A stretch of 54,882 nucleotides of DNA, the filler included, from Jimgerdemannia flammicorona (lineage: Eukaryota), in the NCBI GenBank assembly GCA_003990765.1. It is 2 parts of 2 records of this genome, joined end to end, with 100 filler letters (N's around TTAATTAATTAA, not from the genome) between each part and the next. Parts side by side here need not be neighbours in the genome. Positions count along the whole stretch, not along the records: positions 27,498 to 54,882 come from RBNJ01000633.1; 1 more part is not named here. The stretch is one strand, 5' to 3'. This document shows positions 38,255-49,161 of the stretch, piece by piece. Below the pieces are notes generated by a model, which worked only from the letters and a program-made list of their open reading frames with translations, was not told the origin of the DNA and made no database searches. Position numbers and translations under genes: made by a program. The first letter of the stretch is position 1; the number at the start of each line of letters is the position of its first letter.

Positions 38255-40356
38255 ATGAATTCGTGGCTGCAATCCATCAACCCATGGAAAAAGGCTCAAG
38301 TCCGAGGCCTCATACGTAAGTTACCCGATATTGCTGGCTGTTCCCACCATCCGCGACATCAATGCTACTTATCCAACAACGCACTAACATGTATATCCGC
38401 TGCCTCCCGAATCTCACGCAGTTGGCAATAGTGCGGCGGGAAAGACCACGTTCTTGTACAGGCTCGTACTTGTAGGTTCTTGTGTTTGCTCTCCTCGACG
38501 TAAGGAGTTTGTCTGGCTATTTTTTGCTCGACCTTGACTTCACCGCTTTCCGCCACAACAAGGGTGATCAGATGATAACGACCATACCGACCATCGGATT
38601 TAACGTCGAGGCTTACCAGCACAAAGACGTCAATTTTACGCTGTGGGATGTTGGCGGTAAGCCATATTCTTTTCAAATGACCGTTCAAATCTTCTGCATA
38701 ACGTAATCACTCGCCACAGCCTAACATCCCACCAACCACGTCCTCTTCCCAGGCTGCGACAAGATTCGCCCCCTCTGGCGACACTACTTTAACGACATGC
38801 AAACCCTCCTCTTCATCATCGACTGCAACGATCAAGACTTAAGCAACCGAGCGCAAGCCTTGGAAGACGTGCGGTGGGCGCTGACGGACGACACGCTGCG
38901 GGAGCAGAACCCGTTCGTGGTGATCGCGTGCAACAAGCAGGATGCACCGGGGGCGACCACCCCCGACGAGATCCGCACATGGTTGATGGCCCAGCCAAAC
39001 ATCGACTACATACTCAGACCGGGAAGGTGGGCCCTCACCGGATGCTCCGCAAATACGGGGCATGGCATAAGCGACGTGGTCGAGCTCGCGTATCAGGGTG
39101 TCGTGACGAAAAGAAAGGCACGGGGAAACGCATCGACGTCTTCATCAGCATCTGGGCCGTCCTCATCTTCCTCCGGTACCGAGGCGAGCTCCTCGACCAC
39201 ACCACCCCCACTTGACTTCCCCTCCCACCCCGAAATTCCGTCCCGTACAGCCCTCGAAGACCGTATCCGCGAGACAACCGACACGCCCGTCGATCATGAC
39301 CTCTTCCTCGCCGCGATTTGCTCTGGAACATTAACCCCCTTCGACCACCGCGCCCACCTCCGTCTCGCCTACATACATCTCGTTCGCTCTGCCGCGCGCA
39401 ACGAGCCGCAAGCCCTAGCCGTGAACCAGATCACGTCCCACCTGAAGGAGTTCTTCCGCAACGCCGACCCAACGCGGATCCGACTCACGTACCACGAAAC
39501 CATGACACGGTTCTGGAGCTACATTGTCGCATATGAGATTATGCGCTACGCCGTTGCGAAGGGGGGTACCGCCGTTCCGACCGAGGGCGAGTTCGAGGAC
39601 ATGCTTAGATACGCCCCGCACCTCATGTGGGGCGGCCTGTGGAAGGTGTACTACACGAAAGGTCGCCTTTTGGAGGGCGAGCCTGGCCAAGAAGCAAAGC
39701 GCGCGTTTGTTTTTCCAGATGTGAAGATCCTGCCATCATACACGATTGTCCCCGCGGGCTCTGTCGCGCCGGGTCAGGCCGAGGACGTGACGGACGAAGA
39801 CGGCGACGACGAGGGCGACGCCTGGGAGCTGATCCGTCCGACGGAATCCGCTGTCGACGACGCAACGCCCTCTCCCTACGACCTGTCTGACGACGTGCTT
39901 TTGGACTGGGTAGAGGCTGGACGGATGCTCGCTTTTCTGGACGACCGAACGTTCATCCGGTTGGTGTTTTTGCATCTACGCCGTGCGATGATGGCGGGGC
40001 AGCGCCGTGGGGACGCCGTGACACGCATGATGGTGACGCTGGAGTCGACGCTGATGCGGATCCGGGGGCGTGGGGCGATTGGAGGGATGTATGGCGGGGG
40101 GGATGTGGCGATCAAGTTCTCGGAGACGAAAGTGTATTTTTGGACCCAGATAGTGTGGCAGGGGCTGGTGGCGCAGGCGGGGAAGGGGAGGGAGGCGAGC
40201 GGGATAGGATTTAACAAGTTTAGGGATTTATGTCCTGAGTGCAGGGATGTTGGGTTTTGGAAGGTGTTTTATTCGGAGAAGGTGTGGTTATCGGTCGAGG
40301 CGAATATGGGGTTCGTGTTGCCGGATAGGAAACCGTTGCCGAATGTGTTGATGTGA
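38255..40356 (+). CDS. Atypical Arf-family GTPase fused to two copies of an uncharacterised helical domain (exons 38255-38315, 38422-38471, 38563-38656, 38753-40356)
   Basis: '[15 protein letters not shown]', '[11 protein letters not shown]', '[17 protein letters not shown]', 'NKQD', 'CSANTGHGI'. Then repeat 1 '[10 protein letters not shown]...YHETMTRFW...LWKVYY...[10 protein letters not shown]' and repeat 2 '[10 protein letters not shown]...FSETKVYFW...FWKVFYS...[10 protein letters not shown]'. Confidence 0.88.
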
Positions 40357-40425
40357 TTGGGTGGGGGTCCAGAAATAATTGTCGTGAGATTATTTTGTGA
40401 TGAACCTATCTGTTAATTGTTATTG

Positions 40426-40427
<2 letters not shown>

Positions 40428-40479
<52 letters not shown>

Positions 40480-40550
40480 TTTTTTTTTTTTTTTTTTTTT
40501 TTCTTATTTTGAAACTTTTTGGTTTTTTTTTTTTTTTTTTTTTTTTTTTT
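40428..40550. repeat. Long interrupted poly(T) tract
   Basis: About 120 nt, nearly all T, starting about 70 bp after the Arf-fusion stop codon. Confidence 0.9.
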
Positions 40551-41241
40551 GGTACCATTCATGTGGAAACCTGCTTGCATGTTGATCCTCTGTACAACAG
40601 TGGAACATCGTTGGCTTTTATTTATTCATTTATTTATTCCAAGACATGGGTTTCGTTACATGATTGTATCCCTTCCACTCTCTCGTTCTTTTTAGCATAA
40701 ATCTTTTTGCAGTGAACCGAAAGAAGGGCGTGTGGATTATAAACAGCAACAAATTACATTGGGTAGTGTATTTCCCAAGCGGAGCTAGTAGTTCTGATCG
40801 GTTTGTATACCCTCTTGGTAATTACTTGCTCTCCGCCCAAATTATTGGCTACAATGTGAGCAGTGGCTGCAGGCGGAGCGTGTCAAATAATAATAATAAT
40901 AAAAAAACAGGTGGCGTACATGTGGCACTGCCAGCCTATAAGTGAGGAGAATTTTCAGCGATCTAATCGTATTAGGAAGGAGTGTGTGAGGCGCAAGAAC
41001 ACTGGCTAAACGTAGGTTTCACTCGGAATTCTATTTTGGCTAGTTGGGTAAATCAAAGGTGGCGAGGTGTCGACATAACCATATTTGTCAATGATGCGCT
41101 ACGGATGGGCACGGCTTATCCGGCCGCTTGTCCATCTTCGTCCGTAACAAAACCTTATATAAACTTCCCATTGCTACTGTGCTCCGCTGTCATCCCCACA
41201 ACGTCGATCTTCTTCATTCACGTCATCCAGCCTCACACAAC

Positions 41242-42117
41242 ATGCTCACTCTCCGCTTCTTCGCTTCTGCCACTCTCTTCCTCGTCGCTATCGCCAGCCC
41301 CGTCGACCACGTCGCCCAGACCTTCGCGATCACGGTCGAGAACTTAAGCTATAAGCAAATATTTACGCCCGTCCTGACCGTGATCCACGAGTCCTCTGTT
41401 ACTATCTTCAAAACCGGCACCCCAGCTTCCCTGGAATTGCAGTATGTCGCCGAGGACGGAAATGCAACCATGTTCGTGCAACTATTTGAATCCGGCCTCA
41501 GTGGGATTTGCGGGTGGTCAGTCGGGTCTGAATTGACGTTCCCGGGGAAGACGTACAATGGCAACGTGACTATTACCAAGCCATGTCAGGATCCCCATAT
41601 CTCGATCGTCAGTATGCTCGGTATCAGCAACGACGCATTCACTGGTATTAGTAGCGTTCCCCTCGATGTTCAACACAAGATTTCGGAGGTATGTCGTCGA
41701 CTTTAGTTCTTGAATAAATTCATGAGGCATATACCGGTTAGAAAACTGGCAGGCAATACTAATTTTCTTTCCCTCTGATATACAATCAATAGCAAGTTAC
41801 TGCCTACGATGCCGGCACTGAAGAGAACAACGAAGACTGTGTATACGTTGGTGCTTGTGCGGGTTCTCACAACCTCCGCACCCCTGGACTTGGCGAAGGG
41901 TAATGCATCCACATCGAAATGTTTACTGTACAAATATAAGCGATTACTGGTGTTATGTAATCCCGCCAGTTTCCTAGATTCACTCTTGCTCTTCGTCCAT
42001 CTTAGCTTCGTCCACGTCCACCGCGGTATTCATGGTCTCAATGTCACCAAGCCTGGTCTCTCAGTCGAATACGACTGGCGGTTTCCTGTAGCGTACATCA
42101 CCGTTTCTAGCACCTAA
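41242..42117 (+). CDS. Secreted spondin_N-domain protein of the stand-alone bacterial type (3 exons: 41242-41688, 41793-about 41899, about 42006-42117)
   Basis: Signal peptide, 'ITVENLSYKQIFTP', 'ASLELQYVAEDG', 'SMLGISNDAFTG', 'AYDAGTEENNE', 'GEG|FVHVHRGI', 'DWRFPVAYITV'. Confidence 0.82.
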
Positions 42118-43689
42118 GAATAATACAACCACCACGCCTCGATGTTTCCCTTGAGCGATGCTTATGATGTTAGTTATAAAACATCAATGCAAAATTTTCC
42201 TATTTTTCACGGTGCTTTCTATATATATTTCGGTGTGTTGATCTTACCAATTTATATATAACTCGGCTTCACCGTTGAAACGGTTCAAGTTGAGCTCTAC
42301 CCCCTCAAATTCTTTGATATTTCAGCACCTCGAGAGCAGTGAAATAATTTGCTGTGCCAACTCATGATACACTATGTTAAGACGAACATCTCAACGAACA
42401 GATTTGGTTGCAATGCATTGCACGACGATCGACCACATCAGTGTCCCCCTTTCTTCTCACCTTCGACAACAAAGCAAACAGTTCCTAAGTGAGACAGGGA
42501 CAAATCCCGCTGCTACCACACATGGAAAAAAGAGATACCCGCCACGGACACGAGAAGGCCTCACCTGTTCCCCCGGTGCATGAAATGTGCCTAACCAGTG
42601 GTGAAAAAAGGCATCCTCGGAAAAAACTGATGGATATATATTTTACATTACGAGCGTCTTGCGTCATGTGTGTCGCTATCATTAACATGCTCACAATCTG
42701 AGATGCCGATAACGACACTGAACAGCGCCGCGAACCTTTCTTTATTCAATAATGATGGCTAACAGTCTCTCTTAGCTATTGACGGATTGGTGGCCAATGT
42801 ACTTGCATTGCGCTTTGTCCCGCCTTGTGTTTCTCCTAAGATATCACTCTTTTTAATCTTTGTTCAATTTCATCTTGCCTTGCCTTGTTCCTTTTCGTCT
42901 TGAGATACTATAAAATCCTCTCCCAAATGACTCTTTTTTCTGCACATCAAGCATACTTCATCACTGGCACAGCAGCGGCCATCCATCTTGTTGGGGATTA
43001 CTGAGTATTAGTGGAGAAACGGGAGAAACAAGAATAGTTTTTTATTGATCCTGTAGTTACGCGTTCCAAAGATTTCCTGATGACGCAAGATTGATGACGC
43101 AAGATTGATGACGTCACCTGGAGGACGTTTATTCCTTGTTACTCGAGTTGTCAACCCCTCCAAGCCTCCTCCCCAAGCAATAGAGCGACCTGTCACAAGA
43201 ACCTGAGTATACAGAAACAATGGCGCATTCATCTGGGCCTACGAGAAGGACGTGATTGCCTCCTGCGAAACCCTAGCGGGAGGCCCCCCTAAATCCTGAC
43301 GTCCTCAGCATGATCTGTCAATGTCAAGGATGCGGACTTGCATCGACCGTGATTACAATGGAGCTCGTGGGATCCTCCTACGGGCATTGCTTGATGGAGC
43401 CGTTGTCATGCTTTAGAGCATGGCAATACTAGTCGTGCTAGTGATTGCTAAGGGTTGCCTGGGATTACCTAGTATTGATGTAATAAAATCCATCCGAAAT
43501 GTGATGATTACCACGCAAATTTGCAAGACCATCAAGTTCGAAATCCTTTAGGTCAAGAAACGTGTAGGCATGTTGAGGCGGACAGCGTTTGTTGAACCAC
43601 TACGTCAGGTCGATCAAATTCTCACAGTTGTGCCTTCAATACTGCTTCAGATGCACAAATCGAAATCATTTTGGACGAAACTCGAAGGC

Positions 43690-43885
43690 GTTTAATAGCG
43701 TAAATAAGCATAAGTAGAAAATATGAAAATTTTTACATAAAATAATTTTGGGCGAAGAAAGTATCAAGAAAGTAAAATCGAAAATCGAAGCCGCTTAACA
43801 GCGTAAATAAGTAGAAAATGTGAAGTAAAATCGAAATCGAAGTCGCTTAACAGCGTAAATAAGCATAAGCAAAATTTTACATAGC
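43690..43885. repeat. Imperfect direct repeats (ttaa(c/t)agcgtaaataag x3; aaaatcgaa...gcttaacagcg x2)
   Basis: Visible repeated blocks just downstream of the orphan ORF. Confidence 0.7.
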
Positions 43886-43891
43886 AACAAA

Positions 43892-45280
43892 TCATTGCGG
43901 AATGTACAACGAGACCTTTCCGGACCAGTCCTGGACGCCAATAAAAATGATACTGCCGTCGGTATCGGGGGTGTACACATTGCCGTTGATAGCATGTCTG
44001 TAAAGCCTGCCGTTGGCGTTATGCGTGAACGGAGGAGTATCGAGGCCGGGTACAGTCTGGTTGAGAACTGGGTTGGTATCAAGTTGGTGTTGGTATTGGT
44101 TGACGGCATATGTTGTGTTACTGCCCATAATATCAATTGCGTTGCCAGCATGTACAGGCATATGTGAACTGACGCTTAGCGAGTTCGTTGATATGTTAAC
44201 GACCCCGTTTCCCGTGTAAAATGGGTTATTGTCTCCAAGGGTTGGGACGTCAAGCATATCGCAAATGTTGGTGTTTGATAAATCTGGTACAATACTGTTG
44301 GTCGTGTTCACTAGATCGACTCTCTTGTCGTGCAAAATGTAAGATATATTTTCGACGAGTCCGAACGCGTATGAGTCGGGACCTGGCAGATTCGGGAGGA
44401 CGGCGTACTCAAAAGTGCTATGCTGGATATTGTCCGTGAAGCCAGGTTGGATTTTGCTGTGACATTTTCTTGGTAGCTCGGTAGGGGAGGGTAGAACCCG
44501 CTGTGTGAAATGATTGTCGCTTGTCGCCATGGGGCCGCTGCCAGCGGCCTCCGCTGAAGTGTTTTCCATTACGGAAGATGGGTCAAAGGGTCCCGAGAAT
44601 ACGTCTGGCGTGGATAGGCTGCTCGGCCTCGGTTCAGGCGATTTGCCCACCATAGTGTGAACGACAGCGGCATTGTGCGGAAATTGAAACCAGTGTTGAT
44701 AAACCTCATCTGTTGTCGTCGTGTCACTGTGAGAGTATCTACTGAGCGTGAGAGGGGAAAAAATTGCGTCCGCCTTCACCGTAACCGAACCGTCCGCTGG
44801 GGTTGAGTCGTGAGGAGGTCCACTCTCCATGATCTGGACGAAGGCGGCAACGTGCGGATGAAGACGTTTCAGCTGACCAAGAAGTGCAGCGTGGCATTGA
44901 CTTTTCTTTGCGAGGCCTTCCTTTACTTTGTACGATGTTTTATATGGCTTTTGACCTGGAAAGATAACACGTCGTGTTAGCTATTCTAGCTTAAAGATGA
45001 TAATTTCAGATAATCGCACAATACATGCCTTTATGCAGAATGCCGATCATGGGCATAGGTCTAGCGGCATTGATAGATTTTTTGAACGCTTCTTCCAGCC
45101 GTTCGATCTTCTCTTCGATATTCGACTGCGTCATTTGATGAAACTGTTAATATACAGTCTGGAGTCCTTTGCTGTGCATAACGCTTTCTCACCTTGCTGT
45201 GACTGTTCGTCAGCAACGCCAGTTGAATCAATCGTCCTGCAAATAGGGCCTGAGTGGAATGTTGGCATATCCCACACTGA
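43892..45280 (-). CDS. Hypothetical (orphan) protein; long final exon plus uncertain upstream exons
   Basis: 312-aa open frame 43892-44830 extends upstream to an AG acceptor near 44956. Candidate upstream exons at about 45030-45145 and 45193-45281. No recognisable domain. Confidence 0.45.
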
Positions 45281-47071
45281 CCTAGGTGGCTCGCCCTAAT
45301 TAATTGTACGTACATCGAAAAGGAATAAGTGATAGCCTGGTAAGAGGAGTGCGGCACTTGGTTAGTTGCGGGAGACTTGCCATTTGTGTATCGTTTTTTC
45401 ACTCCATTCTATTCTCCTGTCGACTTTTCTTACAAGTTCTTGATAGGAATTCATCGCGAATATTTTAAATCTGGTTCGTCACGTTTGAATTGGGGAGTGT
45501 GCTTTACTGAGTCAATGAGTTCGGAAGACGTGGAGAATAGAAGTGAGAGAAATATAATAATAGTAAGTCAGCAGAACTATAACGATAAGATAGATAGTTA
45601 GTTGAGAAGAGGGGAAGTATAAGAAGAGAGATTAAGTCTATATATGAGGCGAAGTTTACCTTATGGCCTATCTGGATTGGTACCTTTTAGAAATATAATA
45701 ATGAGACTCCAAATTTAAGCGGAAAAAAAGAGCCGATAAAGCCTTTTTATTCTTTTACTGATTCCTGATCGGGAAATAATGGGCGTGTAACAGAAAAATT
45801 AGAAAGTTTCCAACGTTGCTTCCATTGTTTCCATTGTTTCCATTGTATTGTCCGAGGTCCCCCCCATCCTATTATAGTATAAACAAAACCAATACCATCA
45901 CATATATCTATTATAAAATAGGTTTGTTTATGGCTATTTCAAATGTGTTGTATAGTACAAAAGAAATGCTTCTTGCTTTTGTTGGCCCTTCCGCCTCTTT
46001 CATTCGGAACATAGGAGCATGAATATCAGTGTCCATGCCAATAGGTAGTAGTAGGTAGACAACAAGACGATGCTACTCCAATCGTGATATTTCCATATTT
46101 CGATATTTCGCTTCAAATGCCATCCATAATCATGAGCAGCAGCAGTGTCATGTCCCATGCAATAACGTCGTTATGATGAAGACTGATACTGGATTGCATA
46201 AGCACTCTGGACCCTGAACAACCCTCCTCACTCTCATAGGTCATAGGCTGGCAGTGCCACATGCCATCGCCCTGTTTCATTGGCTGAGGGCCTTCCTTCT
46301 GAAATAAGTATACAACCAACCTCAACTGAAAATCCTATAAGAAGTTAGATTCGGCAATTGTGTTTTCTATTTCAGCCTCAGAATCAAAAAAAGTTAGCAC
46401 GGTTTGCAACAAACAGTTCCCGCGAAACGTCCATTTCTACGTTAGGGAAACAGGGGTCTGGAGCTCCGCTATATATACCAATGAAATACCCATGGAGGCA
46501 CATGATAAAATCTACAACAATTTTTGCCAGTCGTTTCCAGGTACCTAAGATCATGGGGTTATTGAGAACATTGGGCGGGACGAACTGACTAACAAAACAG
46601 TCATGCAGAACCAGCCAACTGCGGCATATTGGAAATTCCCAAATGACGCTTACCGATTTGCAAGCTGCTTCGAACACATGACCGGCACAGTCCTCAACCT
46701 CTCAGATTTGATCGATGCACCATCATTTTACAAAAAAGGGAGACGTTTAGCATGTAGGCAACCGCTTTCCCGCAATTAACGTAGCATAGATAACCTAGCA
46801 TAAAGAACCTGTTGCCATGTGTGTATAAATGGATCCTTTGCATTGAACATTAGTAACAATACACACCATAAACATTCCCCAGTAATTGGGTTACTTGTAG
46901 CCAGCACTTTCGGAAGACACATTCTCATTTGTACGTTTGGCCAGTCAATCCGTTGCAAAAACCTACACATCAGCGTCAACTCGACGACTCGCATCTTATT
47001 AAAACCCCAGATTATTATACGTACATATTTAAACAATTCCCGTAAAGCTCTTCCCCAACCAATCGCCCAAC

Positions 47072-48240
47072 TCAAAAATTCTCAATATCCGGACACAGCT
47101 TAAACGCCCTCCTGTACAAGGCGACGGCCTCGGTCTGGCGCCCCTCGCTCTCGAGCTGCTCCGCGCGCTGCTTGAGCTGGATAGCCTCTGACTCCTTGGC
47201 GGAATTTTCGATGGGCTCAATACGCGAGAACATGATTTCGGAGCGGAGGATGTATTTTTTGCCCGAGAGGAGGACGTCTCCTTCGTGCAAGAGGCCGTGG
47301 TTGAAGACCAGGGCCATTCCAGCTTCGGGACGGACGCGCGAGGCAATTGTGCCGTCCTGGATGTAAAGAGGATGGATGGTGGTGAGTAGCAAGAAATTTC
47401 CGGAAAACGGGTTGGCTGATTTTGCGAACCGCACTATGTGGAAATAAATTAGTACCCTCGCCCGGATCTTGCCCGTGACTTCGTCTGTGTATAAGTCTTG
47501 GTCATCCACAAAGTTGGTTGTGCCTCCTTCGAAATCGCCATTCAGGTAAAACATGAAAGTCTTCATCGATCGGCGGTTCAGATCTGTGACGAGGACGCCG
47601 TCGCGGTGAGGGCCTGCGCGATCCAAAAAGTAAAATAACACCAATGTGTCAGTAGATGTTATAAAGAGAGAAAGATTTAAATAAAAGGGTAGGGAATAAA
47701 AAAAAGAGAGATGAAAGATTTCTACTCACCAAAATGACCTCCGGTCTCATATCTAACCAACCTCCACACCTCATTCAACCCGTCAGCCCTCCACCTCCCA
47801 TTCATCCTCCAGCTCTTCCCGACCATACCATCATCTTCATCCTTAACTTCCAACACCCCAGATATCTGCTCATCATATTTGCCCAATACGTCCCTAATCC
47901 TCTCCCACACGACGTTAGCCAGACTCAGGCTGTTAATAATGCCACGGTCGCTGTTGACGTAGCGCTGCGTACGACCATCGTTAGTCGGCACGAGCAGCGG
48001 CTCGCCCGAGGGCAAGATACCCGTGTCAGCAAGTTGGATGAAGCCGGCACATTCGGCGGGCGTGAGGATGTTGTGCAGGACGTAGGCCTTTGGTTCGATG
48101 GTAGACGTCGAGGAGAGCACGCTTGCCGGAAGGGTGAGGGGCTCGACGGTGATAGGGAGGCGAGTGGGATCGGACACCGGGAGGAGGAAGGATGAGAGGT
48201 CAATGGAAGGGAATTCGGTGGGGTTGGAGTTGGTTGTCAT
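47072..48240 (-). CDS. Prolyl 4-hydroxylase-like 2OG-Fe(II) dioxygenase with C-terminal TPR/MIT-like helical hairpin (3 exons)
   Basis: 'VLHNILTPAEC', 'GLNEVWRLVRYETGGHF|GPHRDG' (HxD), 'TFMFYLN.DFEGGTTNF', 'GMALVFNH.LLHEG' (distal His), 'KYILRSEIMF'. Tail 'EAVALYRRAFKLCPDIE'. Confidence 0.88.
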
Positions 48241-48900
48241 GGTATTCGGATGAGAGATTGAACTGCGCGTGAGCGTGGATTAAATATGTGATTTGTGCAG
48301 GTGGCGCAGCACATGAACTTACTAAACTGCGCCATGACCGAAATTCATTGGACTGTTCCATTAAGGATGCAGGGGAAGTTCGAAATTTCCCTGCTTAAGA
48401 GCCTCTGCTTATTCGCAAAGCATATTCCGTGTTTGGCAATGAACACAGCTTTTCGACTTGTGACGAGTCTAAAATTTCCTGTCACTATCGAGTCCATCGC
48501 ATACTGGAATCGACTTGGTTTTTCCATAACACATCACGCTTTGTTTTAAATAATAATAATAATAATAAAAAGGGACAGGAAGAGGAACTTGGTGTTCCCA
48601 TCTTGGGTCAAAAATTTCTATTCAATTATTTTTTACAGTTTATGTGAACATCATGAGATACTAGAACGTGCTGATCTTTGGTGAGCAGACAAATTGATCA
48701 TGTTTAGAGGGCTATCGTGATATAATTATATATATACGTACAACAAAAATATGTGAAACACCAGGGGATAGATTTCAGTGTAGTATTCCTTACGCACAGG
48801 AGCGGCGGGTGAGGAGAGAGAAGTGGGGAGTTGGCTGTGAAGAGGCTGGGCACGGGCTTGCGACACGAAGGGTGAGAGGGAATGAGAGTTTCGAGAATGG

Positions 48901-49161
48901 TCATGCGATCGGCTGGGAGCGATGAGGCGGCAATCGGCGGAGCGGAGTCATCTTGTTCCCAACGGGGTACACTGAAACCGGAGCATTGACCATCGGCTTG
49001 CGCTCGGTCTGGGCATAATTTGCGGCCATCCTCTGGGACGAATAGTTCGTATGTCCGGTGGAGGCGGTATTCGGCGTGGGCTGCGCTCTATCATAGAAAT
49101 CAGAGTTTGTGGAGGAATATGGGGTGGAGATGGCGATGGACGGATGGCTGCTGGGAACCAT
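48901..49161 (-). CDS. Small disordered hypothetical protein (86 aa)
   Basis: Intact ATG-TGA ORF with coding-like GC content and pyrimidine-rich UTR-like flanks on the coding strand. No motif recognised. Confidence 0.35.
   Translation of the reverse strand: MVPSSHPSIAISTPYSSTNSDFYDRAQPTPNTASTGHTNYSSQRMAANYAQTERKPMVNAPVSVYPVGNKMTPLRRLPPHRSQPIA

Noticed and set aside
46000..47030. Faint resemblance to transposase remnants
   Set aside because: No catalytic motif or terminal repeats could be supported.
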